A DNA stretch of 63,980 nt, the filler included, from Dirinaria sp. TL-2023a (lineage: Eukaryota), in the NCBI GenBank assembly GCA_051941275.1. It is 4 parts of 4 records of this genome, joined end to end, with 100 filler letters (N's around TTAATTAATTAA, not from the genome) between each part and the next. Parts side by side here need not be neighbours in the genome. Positions count along the whole stretch, not along the records: positions 32,199 to 48,164 come from JAVEBF010000515.1; 3 more parts are not named here. One strand, 5' to 3'. Below, in pieces: positions 34,990-46,609 of the stretch. The position numbers and the translations under genes are program-made. Within the stretch, counting starts at the first letter, position 1, and every line of letters starts with the position of its first letter. The notes under the pieces were generated by a model that saw only the letters and a program-made list of their open reading frames with translations, was not told the origin of the DNA and searched no databases.

Positions 34990-37116
34990 ATGGACCAGGC
35001 TCAGATGGGATATTTCGATTCGGCCACTGGTGCATATAGCGCAAAACCCGCAAAACAGCAGCAATTGGCAGCACAGGCAAATGCTCGTGGGGTTAACAGG
35101 CCTCTTCAGTCACACACACACCAGAAAGGCATTTACCCCACCGATTGGCTAACTTCACCAATTGCAAATACTCCTACATCATCCAACTATTTGCCACCTC
35201 ACCTTCATGACTATAACATTGGTCCTGTAGTGAACCAATGTTCGCAGTCGATAGCGAGAAGCGCGGCTGGTCCACAGAATGTACTGCATCCTCAAATGAA
35301 TGCTGGAGGTTTCTCACAGCAGCGGCACATTCAGCCGACATACGAACCACTTGTATCATCACGCAGTCAACATCCCAATGGGTCTATGTCCATTGACCCG
35401 AGGTCCGCTAACCTTTTCTCTGAGAACCGTTCAGTCCTCGGTAAGCGGCGGTACGACCCGGCGGAGGATGTTAACGAAGCTTCGAACAAAGACAACATGA
35501 GAGAAGCCAAAAGACACCAGGCAGTTAACGGGCAGTATCAGGCATGTGAGAATGTAGCTCCTGCTCGTAAGGTTTCCCAGCCTGTAAGCAATCGACAGAA
35601 GAGGCAGCAATTCGTCCACAGTAGAGCCCCTCAAACCTGTGGCTTCGATAGTGCCAAAGGTTATGCGAGCCAAGTGGTCAATCCTACCCAGCCAAGCCAG
35701 TCGTATCCAGGCTCTGGCTTCCAGGTCGACAGTCACTTATTGTCTGCGAGTCAGCCGTCCTCTACTCAGCCCGCAAATCCAAAAATTCACCGCAACGTGC
35801 AAAAGGAAGGTCCGAATCATCCAGCGACCATTAACTTCTCGCTGCGCTTGCCACTTGGTACTCGGGTGTTACTATTGCGACCAGGTGACGAATTTGCGAT
35901 CACAAGTACAATAGCAAATCGTGGGCCAGCGGGATGGGAAAAAGTCGACAGGAGTTATATCGACGTCGGCTTGCCAAATAAATCCAAGCGAGCCCAGATG
36001 GCAAACGGCGGAAACGTTGGTGGGCAGACAAATGGATCGTCTGCTAATTGGACTACCGAATCCAAGATTCCCTCACAATCGAGTCACCGTAGCGGTGGAC
36101 GGGGTAAGAGTTTTTGTCGGCCAGAAGGTGTGGTAGGCAACACAAAAGAAAGCCCAATTGAGATTTGGGAGGATGAGACCTCAGGTCCAGAGATTCGTGG
36201 TGATGTGAAAAGTATGCACCGGGAGGCGGATACGCCAGCAACTCCACAAGCTCCACCAGCTAGACAAGCCAAAACGACATTAGAGCAGATCAAGCATCCA
36301 CGTCAACTTGATGCGGTCCAACAGGGATCTGTAGGCCTTCTGCCAGGCTCAAAACCCGACGATAACGCTGCAGCAGAGTACGTCGCAGTGAAGCAACAGC
36401 CCACAGTAGGTCCAAGAATGGTTGATAATCGTGGCACAACCTCAGCCCAAGAGCAGCGGCTGCCCCAACCCGGCACAGAGACAAGGGTTCAGCATGCGCC
36501 AACTGAGGATGTGTCCAAAAGTACGCTGAGTCTTCTTTATGACTTTGAGCTTCAGCCACTTGAGGGTGGATATGAAGAGTTCTTGAGCCAGCATGCTGAA
36601 TTTATCGATGGCTTGCAAAATCCTGTCGATAACCTCGAGATAGACAACGACCTGCCAAGCGCCGGTCTTAACCTGGACGAGACATTATTCGATGGCATCG
36701 TGGAAGAGCTCGATTCAGGTATTTTGCAAGGATGCCTTGGTAGTGGCCTCAGTGGCGAGGTATCAGGGGTCGAAGCACCTGAAAAGACTGGGGTGGTTTC
36801 TTCAGAAACCTCAGGTAGTCAAACATCTTCGAGAGCAACAGAAGCTGGACCTGCAGAACAAAGGGCCGATAATAATGCCGTTGAGAATGGAGATAAAGCT
36901 CCAGATCGGTTTAGTCCGCCGGCGCAAGCTACGCCATTGCAGCAGACAACTGAAGGGGACGACTCTCTCGACTATCTGTTCGAGAATGGAGACGAAGAGC
37001 CCATTCTCACCGATCAGACGGTTCAAGAGACACCAGCGCAGCGTACCACTGAGCAGGACGATCTTCTGGCTTATCTTTTCGAGGGTGAAGACGAAGAGGC
37101 TGTTCTACCTGAGTGA
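34990..37116 (+). CDS. Hypothetical 708-aa protein, largely disordered, with a duplicated acidic C-terminal motif
   Basis: Long single ORF in AT-rich surroundings; NLS-like LGKRRY; repeats DDSLDYLFENGDEE and DDLLAYLFEGEDEE; no family recognised. Confidence 0.7.
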   Translation: MDQAQMGYFDSATGAYSAKPAKQQQLAAQANARGVNRPLQSHTHQKGIYPTDWLTSPIANTPTSSNYLPPHLHDYNIGPVVNQCSQSIARSAAGPQNVLHPQMNAGGFSQQRHIQPTYEPLVSSRSQHPNGSMSIDPRSANLFSENRSVLGKRRYDPAEDVNEASNKDNMREAKRHQAVNGQYQACENVAPARKVSQPVSNRQKRQQFVHSRAPQTCGFDSAKGYASQVVNPTQPSQSYPGSGFQVDSHLLSASQPSSTQPANPKIHRNVQKEGPNHPATINFSLRLPLGTRVLLLRPGDEFAITSTIANRGPAGWEKVDRSYIDVGLPNKSKRAQMANGGNVGGQTNGSSANWTTESKIPSQSSHRSGGRGKSFCRPEGVVGNTKESPIEIWEDETSGPEIRGDVKSMHREADTPATPQAPPARQAKTTLEQIKHPRQLDAVQQGSVGLLPGSKPDDNAAAEYVAVKQQPTVGPRMVDNRGTTSAQEQRLPQPGTETRVQHAPTEDVSKSTLSLLYDFELQPLEGGYEEFLSQHAEFIDGLQNPVDNLEIDNDLPSAGLNLDETLFDGIVEELDSGILQGCLGSGLSGEVSGVEAPEKTGVVSSETSGSQTSSRATEAGPAEQRADNNAVENGDKAPDRFSPPAQATPLQQTTEGDDSLDYLFENGDEEPILTDQTVQETPAQRTTEQDDLLAYLFEGEDEEAVLPE

Positions 37117-38220
37117 GAAAGGGAAGCTGCTCACTTCGATAACAGCTTCATTTATCTTGATAATTCTTGTCTTAATAAAAATGAGCGTTTGTTTATCAGT
37201 GCATCACTTCACTTCTTTTTTCTTTATTCGTAAATTCCTCTAGGTTCTTTACTTTAATTAAAAGACAGCATGAGTTCTTCTTCTATTCAAAATTAGCTCT
37301 TAAACGGTGGACTCATCCTTCGTCATCTTGTTGAAAAGTCTTGGTCATGAGTTCTTGGTGTGCTCGAAACCAGAACGCTACCAGGGTATTGGAGAAAATT
37401 TGGTTGGATTCAGAGTCCGACAAACAATGTTCTGCCCTTTCTTAGCTTCTATACTGGTAAGCGTCATTTTCATGCAGAGAAATCTGTGATATCCCTGGTC
37501 CATCACCACTGATCAACGATAAAGTATATTTCCAAAGATACAAGCTCAAGTCTTGAGCATCGAAAAACATGGTTATCTTTCCATTAAAAGACAATAGCTA
37601 TGTGAACAGAAGATGTTCCGGACTTAAACATACCTTGAGAAAACAAGTGTTGAATTGCACTATTCTTTTATAGCGAGAGTTCACATATGACCACTAATTT
37701 GTTCATCTTCGAGAACCGATGAATGACCTGAACGACTTCCTTAGTGGCACGACCTTATCCTGTTGAGACGAATGAATTTCAGAATTGATGTCTTTTATCA
37801 GACAGATTGGGTTAATGGCATTATTCCACAATCACCCCTTTGATCTTTCACATTTCGTTCCTTCCCAATTGCATTGTGCACTCGTCACACTCAAGATACA
37901 TTTACACTTCATCATTTCTATCATCTCAGACAGGAGTGTGAAAAGCAACAGCCATCCTAGCTTACCTGCAAGGTTTAGAGCAGCTGAGATTTGTCCTTGT
38001 CACTCAGTTTGGCCAGTCATTGCCATCGAGGTATCCAGTGTGACAATTATCCACAGCTTCGACTACCACAGAACCTGCTCGCCTCCGTAGAAGACAAGGA
38101 GCCAGCATAACCAAGCCCTCTAAGAGATCAGCAGTCTCGTGTCAAAGGTGTGTCTGTGTGAGAGATAAACAGCTAGAGACTCCAAGGCCTAACAAGACTC
38201 AAACTGGGCATTTGAAGATC

Positions 38221-39585
38221 ATGGCTGAAGGACTTTTCAATGAGAACTTTGACTTCGACAGCTATGTTGCCTTGCAGGAGCTCTTTGCAGAAGCCGCTGA
38301 AGCACCTGAAGCACCTGATAGAGCTCCCGTATCAGCGACCAATGGAGAAGTTTTCAATGAGTCTTTTGCCTTTGCCAATTATGGTGCATCAGAGGATCTC
38401 TTCGTAGGATTTACTGAGGCACGGGATCCAGCCGCCATATCAGCAGCGGCGTATCCAGCGGTGCCAGAATCCACGCCTTCGACAAATGAAAATGACAAAA
38501 GAATCCGCAAAGTGAGGCCTGAAGGTGATATAAGAAGGGGTGAAAAAGGTTTGGAATTTCGTGAGAATTCCGACGAAGACTGGGGTTGGTACCTCAGCGC
38601 TCATGTGGTTACTGCTGCCAATTAACTTTCCCTTAGAATCAGCAGTTTTTCACCACGACATCTGGGACGAGTTACTCGCGCAGGCTGATGCCCATGCAGT
38701 CCAAATGGGTGGCTTTAGTAAGTTTTTCTTTCTCAGAGGTGTACCATCATATTGATACGTTGAAGTGCATAAACCAGCCAAAGGCTCGGAAGCGTGGAAC
38801 AGGACTGCTTTTTGTCAAGATCAGAAGGACTGGGGGGCAAACCGTTCGGCTAGGCCTGAAGTGTGCTTCGTCATTGAGAAAGATCGAGAAATTGCCGGAC
38901 AGACGCCATTTCCATGGTATCACCGCGGACGTCGGGTCATCGATCGCAAAAACCACGGAATGAGGTTTTTTCGGGATGTGCCTGTCACAATATCCTCTGC
39001 TGTTGAGGGTTTCAGACTGGACGCGATGCAGAAGTTGAACCCCAATGTTACATGGGCTGATATTCTTGGCCGGACTCCTCGTCATTTGTGCATCGCCGTG
39101 GCGGCCCCCGGGGAGAGTTAGGAAAAACTGCTCTCTCCAACAAGGCGATGAGATTCAGACGCTCCGCTGGTGTTCTATCGTGGGATAGCACAGATCTTGA
39201 CTGCAACCTCGTTTCAAAAGCTGTCTTCCTAGATGTTATGGGGCAAGGATGCATTGACGCCAATAATACCTCGAGCTTCGGGAGAGATTTGTCTGATGAG
39301 GAAATGAAGACGCTGAAGAAGGCCATTGATACCCATAAAGCGCAGATTAAAGCGAACCGGGGCAATAACCGAATTTCCGCAGCTCCACAGCAGCATCAAA
39401 GAGCTAAATCCCCTACAGGCTCACCACATCCACCTAGCAGTACAACTATCGCTGGACCGAGCAGCCTTACTCAGGAACTGGAGGACACTTCCCATGACAC
39501 GGGTGAAAAGCGACCCCATGAGGCAGTGAGTATGTGCAAAGACGGTGGTTCAGTCCAGTCCTCGCCGAAGAAGGCTCGAAAATAG
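38221..39585 (+). CDS. Hypothetical protein (orphan family), 3 exons, with an apparent 1-nt frameshift near 39086
   Basis: Introns 38585-38636 and 38718-38765 join MAEGLF...EDWESAVFHHDI...KGSEAWNRTAF...DVPVTISSAVEGFRLDAMQKLNPNVTWADILGRTP; it continues in another frame as ...TALSNKAMRFRRSAGVLSW...SPKKARK*. Confidence 0.6.
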
Positions 39586-40447
39586 TTGGAAGCGACGCAG
39601 AATAGTGTGCATTTGTCCTAGATATTGACAATGATGGCTTATGGAAGTGGTATGATAGAAAAACTTGTTGGGAATCGAGAATCGCTTCGTGTTTGGGTTC
39701 AGGCGGGGGCAAAGATATTTCTCGATAGACTGAAATGAACCAGGCAATGAAGCTTGACGATAATTTTCAATAGCTGGGTAAATTCGCCCAAGAACAGGAT
39801 CCCGAAGTGCAATATGAGTGTTTTTGCAAGCTCGATCTTAGCTTCGTCTCCCAGTGACTTTGCCTCAGTATATTGTTCGTTTATCAGAAATCTTCACTCT
39901 CTATTCAATAATTGAGGAACACTAGTTATCTTGATTATCGATGTTAATTCGAAGGTAGAGGAGTAATAAGTGTTCTGGGGTGTAATTTCAGAGGTCTATT
40001 TCAATCAGAATCGCAGATTTGACCTTTTTCAGCTTCGACCTATTACCGGTGAGTCACAAATTGGCTTACTGCTTGATCACTGGACTTAAACTTTCGGTTG
40101 AGCTCTGACAGTGACCCCGTCTCATCATTACGTCCGTTACAGATGGCTTTGGGGTTGCATGGAGGCTACTGAGTTAATCGTCCCTCAAGCGTCGGTTAGC
40201 CCTATACTATAGCGAGCAACACTCCTGAGCAACAAACACTGGTGATTTTCTGCGCGACATCTCGCTAATTGGCAACACTTATTGTGAGTACTCAAAGAAC
40301 CCAACAACTTAAATTCCGAACATTTCCGTTGACCAGTCTAGATCTAAATCGACGTACGAGTACTACTAAGCCTTGAAAGAACGACTGGCATGAGAAGGTC
40401 AAAATAGTAACTTACTCGTAGCCAACGAGTCAAAACCATTCCCAACA

Positions 40448-42271
40448 ATGGATATCATTGATAAAAAGACAGAGATGATTCTCGGCAGGAAGTTGCCCGA
40501 GTATAGTACGTTTAGGCAACCTTGAGACAAGTCCAAGCGAGCTGATGTGGTAAATTAGAGCCCAGTGAGGAAGAGTGCGAACATGAAAGGAGGCTGTTTA
40601 GTACTGCTACATGCATAAATTCCGTTGTACTCAGCTGACAGCCTCCTAGTGGAATGGTACGATAATGATGTTAAAGGTGGGAACGGCCTAAGTCCAGATG
40701 CTGAACAAGAAATCTTGGATGATATCTTCGCCAGTTGGGACGATGACCCACGTCCTGGGGACTCGTCGAAGCCTGAGACTAAGAAATGCAGCTCCCATCT
40801 TCACCACGTTGTGCCTTCTGACGGACGAGGCTCTAAGTATACGGATCACAGATCCTCGGCCTCTCAATCTTCTCAGGTCCAACATCTCGAGAACAAGTAC
40901 AAAAAGGAGCCTGCCAGTCTCACTGATCAATTTCTATCGGAGTTATACGCCTTCGATGACGTGCTAGGCGTGGCAGAAAATAGTGATAAGCAGAACAACA
41001 ATACGGTTGTTGAGCTTTCAAGGCAGCGTTCAGAACAAAGCTCCACAGCAACATCGAACAAAAAGAGAAATCACGATTCAGCACAAGATCAGGATGTGAT
41101 GAAGATTGTTTCACCACGAAAGAGATGTCGTCATGAAGAACCATCTGAGGGTTCTGAAGACTCTCTTCGAGGCCATCACCCAGTCATGTCACATGATGGA
41201 AAGCGACTCAGCGACCTAACACCCGAAGATAATGTGATTGGTGTTGACCCACCTCGAAAAAGCCCCTCTCCTCCTATGATAGCGGGCAGCTCTACCAATG
41301 TCGTAGCTAGACCTCAAGCATCAATTACTGCATCAAAGCAGAGGGGGGTCATATTGCCTCAAGAGCCTCGCTACTCCCTCGCAACTTCGCATAGGGTTAT
41401 GGAAGAGCGTAGTATTATGGCGGAAAAGGTGCGGAAACGTCCTTTGGATATCCTTGTCGAAGATGCCACAGACAGTAATCCGGTCTTAAATTCCAAGAGA
41501 CAGCGAATCGCGGCTATAAGTCCCTTGAGAGAGTCGACCACCACCGCACCACACGGGATTAGGGTGCCTGACGCATGTTCGAGGTCTCACAAGGTCTCAT
41601 CGAACTCTGAACAACATGCGGAGGAAAGCAATATTAAGCAAGTTGATCCAGCTCAGCAAAGAACCTCTTTGGCTCTGGTGGAAAATGGCAAGGTCGGCGA
41701 GGGACGAGGGGGTAGCACAGAAGCTCACCACAATGGGGATCAAGCCAATAGAAAACCCAAAGTGAGGTCTGCTCCAAGCGCTACTCCCGCCGATCCCACA
41801 TCCTCGTCTAGCACAACCAACTTCCGCATTCGGCGTCCAGAGACGATAGAAGAGCAGCGGCAGGTTGCTGAAGCCATAAAATATACTTACATAGACCTTA
41901 AGAATCGGAGGCAAGAGTTTCGAAATATGAAGAATTTAAACATTGAGAAGGACAAGGAAACGGGCCGAGAGTACGACACCTGTCAAGAGAGCTACGGCTA
42001 TCAATGGAACCGGCTTCAGCTTATGTTCCAAGAGGCGGTAGAGAACGAGGCCGGCGTGGTTTTGGATACTAAAAAGTCGAGGAGGAAGTCAAAGAAGCGG
42101 AAGGAAGTTGAAGCCAACAGGGAGTATCTGGTTGAAGTAGATGGCCCGTGGCTGACTGGTTTCGATGACTGGAAGCCGCCAGGCTCCTCCAAACAGCGAG
42201 AGATCGAGCGTCAGAAAGCTAGAGATGAGCTGAAGAAACTGGGCACATGTGCAGAGCCCGTTCAATTGTAG
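40448..42271 (+). CDS. Hypothetical protein (at least 548 aa) with a C-terminal RP/SY..Q/W..G domain; 5' exons uncertain
   Basis: ORF 40625-42271; candidate ATG at 40448 with a GTACGT donor at about 40506; NLS-like SPRKRCR and RRKSKKRK. Confidence 0.65.
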
Positions 42272-43986
42272 ATTAATTGATCCTGGGTCCGAACGTTCAA
42301 CCGAAGATTATGTTTTCATTCTGCAAGTCGACCATAACTTAGACGATAGTTTCGGGTGTTGGATTTTTGGCAGACTTTTCAGGAAAGAGCGAAAGCGTTT
42401 GCGGACTGCGCGGCATCCTGAGGCATGAGTGAACTGACCGAAAGCATGCGGGAAATTGTACTGGGATATCTATCGCAGAGGGCACTCGGCTATGTTGATG
42501 CTCCGGGGCATGCGCTTGAGATCTATCTTATTAGCCTCTTCCCTCAATTCCTGTGGAGTCAGGTCTGAAAGTTACAGACCTTGAGTTTGATTTGATAGCA
42601 AGACATAAGAGCTACATGGCTGACGACAGCTCAATAGCATGCGTAGGCATTTGGGGCATTACGGCATAAAATTCAGGGGCCTGATGATCTATAGAGATCC
42701 ACGTACGAGCTGTATGAATCAGCAGTATGCCTTTCGTGTCCGATGCACGCTAGATGTATGGCTGATCATTCATGAACCTGAACTGGTTGCAGTGCCCAAT
42801 GTGACTTTGCGAAGATGAGAAACCTCTTACAGCTTGAATCCGGTGTAGTCGAAGAGCCAATGTGGAGTCCTGAACATTGGCGTTGTATTTAATCTAGTAT
42901 TGTAGGAACATAAGGTATGCAATGGTTGAGCATCGTGAAGTGATATTTCGGCACCAGAGAGGCAAAGTGCTACGACAGACACTTCCAAGCACATCGCGGC
43001 TAGTACGGCATGGTTTCTCAAGCCGAACCCTGAATGAACCCTGATACCAAAGGTTTCACCTTACCTGAATAATGTAGATATACAAACTTTGGGTGAGACG
43101 TTGGAGTTTGCAAGTACGTTACAAAAAGAAGAAGGGAAAAAAAAAGCAGAAACAATGCCAATGTGCAACCGACAAACAGAGTCAGCATAAGAAGGCGTCG
43201 AAATGGAGGCTTGTTGTTAGCTTGGGACAGTCCGCCGTGCCGTAGAGCCTTCGTCAGGTGGAGGTAGCAGTTGTAGTCTACCTACAAATCTGGTGTACTC
43301 AGGCGCACCGTGGTCGAGATAGGCACAACCTCTATTGAGCTAATTGTGGGGCGAAACTTCAGAGATTCTAGAGTTCTAGAAGCTATCCGCGCTGTAATAC
43401 TTGCAGCACCTGTTACTCGTTCAGAGATCGCGAATTAGTGATTTTGATTATTCCTGCAAAAGGTACTTGGTGCTCTCATCTAGCAAGTCATGTATGAGTC
43501 ACAGTACATGGCTGCTGATATACGCGCTCGAAACTTTCCTTGATCTGCTTGAGAAACAAGTAAATGCCGATAATTTGATTGACAAGATCTGGTCAGCTCC
43601 TATCATAACAGTAAATCGGAAATTTTAATAAGATTCTTCTACTTACCTTCATGCCACTCATGAAAATCCAATCGTTTCAGCCATCTTGGTCTCACATCTG
43701 TGACACCAAAATCACCCTCAAACACTATGGCTCATTCTTGAGCCTCCCTTTTCTTGAGATTCATCTTATTCCCTGTCGCCACTAGCTATAAAAACATCTT
43801 CCCCCAACATAAGATTCCCAAAGATCCATCCACCAAGAAACCACTTCTCCAGATTTCCACAAAGACCTGATTCTCCTGTCCCCCGAGAACAAGAACCTCT
43901 AACAGATACAACGCCCAAACTCCCTGCCATCGTCATCTACGAACCCAATTCACCCCCACGCCCTTTTCCGAGCCACTCTCGCAATT

Positions 43987-44136
43987 ATGCTCTGGAGATA
44001 CTGCTTCTGCTATCGCCATTACCACGTTTACAGCTTCATGAACGATATTCACCGCCTCTGTCGTACATGCGCTCACGCCAAGTGTGCAAATTGCGGCCGC
44101 GGCCGCCGGCCAGAAGGAACTCATAGCTGTTATTGA
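43987..44136 (+). CDS. Small 49-aa Cys/His-rich ORF (putative zinc-binding microprotein)
   Basis: MLWRYCFCYRHYHVYSFMNDIHRLCRTCAHAKCANCGRGRRPEGTHSCY*; CxxCxHxxCxxC motif; TATAAAAA at about 43787. Below the ORF-track size cutoff. Confidence 0.4.
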   Translation: MLWRYCFCYRHYHVYSFMNDIHRLCRTCAHAKCANCGRGRRPEGTHSCY

Positions 44137-44741
44137 AGAGTGCTGGGTTGCGTCTGCTAGAGCTGCGCAGTACTGTTTAGGGGATGTATGGAGGTCGATT
44201 GAGATGAGGTTTGAGATTGGAGGCCTGCAGGGCCTGGCGGTGAATAGACTGAAGGACCTATTGATAAAATGAAATTTATGTGAGACCTTGATTGTACCTT
44301 AAACATGAGATCTTCGTTTTCGATGAATTAGGTTTCCGCTTGGCTCCTTGTGTGTTTTTTTTTGCCAAATTTTGAACCCTTTTGAGTTAGCACTCACACG
44401 TTACTAAATAACTTGAAGACTCCTGTGTGGGTAAACCTTTCGGAAACGATAAGTCGGGTGCCTGTTGATACTCTCGTAGCACATTCGAAATCCCCTAATA
44501 TCCCGAACTCAGCACTGCTCCTGAATCTTGCGGCACATCAGAAGTCCCCCAGTATCCTCAATCCGGCACTGACCTTACCTTACCTTCTTGTGTCCCACAT
44601 CGACAAAACTCAAGCATTTTCGACCAAGCAGCCATACGTTACGGAAGAATTGGAAGACCCCCAGGAAGACAGATTTGACCGGATCGACAGAATCAGGCGC
44701 TTCTTGATCACCTTGGGGCAGACCGCAACTTCAACATGTAG

Positions 44742-46226
44742 AATCCACCACTAATTTCTATCCGGTGCTCGTCTTTGACGCAACTTAGCCCATCATCAGT
44801 TCTTGGTGATAAGTGCTTTCGTCCTCACAGGTCTAAAGCCAGGTTATCACGACGAGGCTCATCTCTTCCTATTCAACCAGCAACCATCCATTACTCAGCT
44901 GGTCCCGAGTCCCTCAAGCTTATCGAAGACTTAGCTGGTAAGTGTTAAATGCAATCGAACAAGGAGCATTGAGACAGTGATAAGAAACTAATACTAGGGA
45001 GGCAGTGCTGCTCTAAACCACTGAGAACTTGGTCCGGACCACGAGAAGAACCATTGCCAAACCTCAGAGTGTTCCAAATACAGGACAAGGAAAGGACTGT
45101 GGACGAATTTCATAAGCTAAGAAAGATACACTCACCAAAGGATCTATCCGGACAGGATCTCTCACCATTGAACCTCTCAGCACTAGATTTCTCAGCAGTA
45201 GATCTTTCAGCACTGGATCTTTCAGCACCGGACCGCTCGATACCGAATCCCTTAGCACCGAATACCTCAGCACCGAATTCCCCAGCACAGGATGTTCGAA
45301 CGTTGCGACCTTCGAACATAGCTGAAGTTGCTGCGCTATCAGACATGCTGAAACCATCGCAAAGGGCATTCGTAAAGCTCTGTGGTCAACTCCCGCCTGA
45401 GACTTCCCTTTGGGCTAGCTATCAAGATCAGTTCTCAGTACTACAGAAAGCATTCGAGACGAATTGGACCCAAGTCTACAAGAACGCGTTTCCACCCGTG
45501 CTGCCATATGCTTCCTCCTGGGAGCATGGTATACTAGGCATATACCAACAGAAACAGTCCTCGATAACAATTTTAAGACAATTCGAAATCCAGGCATCCG
45601 CAAAGTTGGACACCATCTTAGAGGAACTGAGAGAGTCAAGCACAGGACCTTTCACTCAACAATTCATAGACGATTTCCAGTTCCATATTGTTACACAACG
45701 AGTTCTGGAGGCGAATAAGCTCTATTTGAGCGATGGGACGACTTCCCTCGAACAGCAGATTAGCTCCAGGGATGCTCATGAGGCCCAAAAATGGTGCTTG
45801 AGGCGCCTTCAGGATTGGTGCCAGCAGAGAGAGATGGGGATTGCAGAGGATCGGCCAATTGGCAAGACGATCGAAAGCGCTTCGAACGATTACACAACAA
45901 TCGGCGCTATTATCACCCACCTCATCAACAGAAACCCAGATCACTATTATGACTGGCTGAGGAAAGACGGACAAGCAATATGGCAAACAAGCCTCAAAGA
46001 TGAGGTTACAGGCAGAGAATTTGAAGAGTGGCTAGCGCCTACGTTCTATGTCATGTCACGGCAAGATATTTGTCTAAAAGAAGTGATGGACAGCCTCACA
46101 CAGTTGGATGGCCGAGACGTCCAAAAATACGAATACGATACAGAAACGCTTGAGCGATCTCAAGCTTTCTCACACCCTCGCTCTCAATCAACTGAGGGAT
46201 GGGACGTCTTCATGGGTTATCCATGA
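44742..46226 (+). CDS. Hypothetical protein with pentapeptide repeats and the RP/SY..Q/W..G domain; start unresolved
   Basis: ORF 45054-46226 extends upstream via intron 44938-44997 (GTAAGT...CTAATACTAG) to an open frame beginning at 44742, immediately preceded by in-frame ATG-TAG (44736-44741). Confidence 0.6.
45141..45290 (+). repeat. Coding tandem repeat, 10 x 15 nt
   Basis: Encodes DLSGQ DLSPL NLSAL DFSAV DLSAL DLSAP DRSIP NPLAP NTSAP NSPAQ. Confidence 0.85.
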
Positions 46227-46609
46227 GACATGCTGAGTTTATACGAAGATCAATATGCGACAGGGTCGCAGATACTACAAAGCTATCAGGGAAAGATGGA
46301 AGATTGGCGAAGATGTAGCATGAGGGATCTGGAGAGAGAAATCTGGGAGCTGGAAGCTGGAAGCTGAAAGCCTACATTAAGGCGGACATGAGAATAATTG
46401 CACCTGATGGTCTTCTGCACCGCCGTAGAGCTCTTGGCGTTGATAATTTATGCTGGAGTCATGGTGAGTTCTGCTGCACATACCTAGCAATAATACCACA
46501 ACTAGATGTGATAGCTAGCTACCATTTTCTATGCTGAACTTTGTAAATTCAATTCCCTTTTATCAAAATTTGCCATTCCAGTGATGTATTGGGGGCTGCA
46601 GCGCAAATC

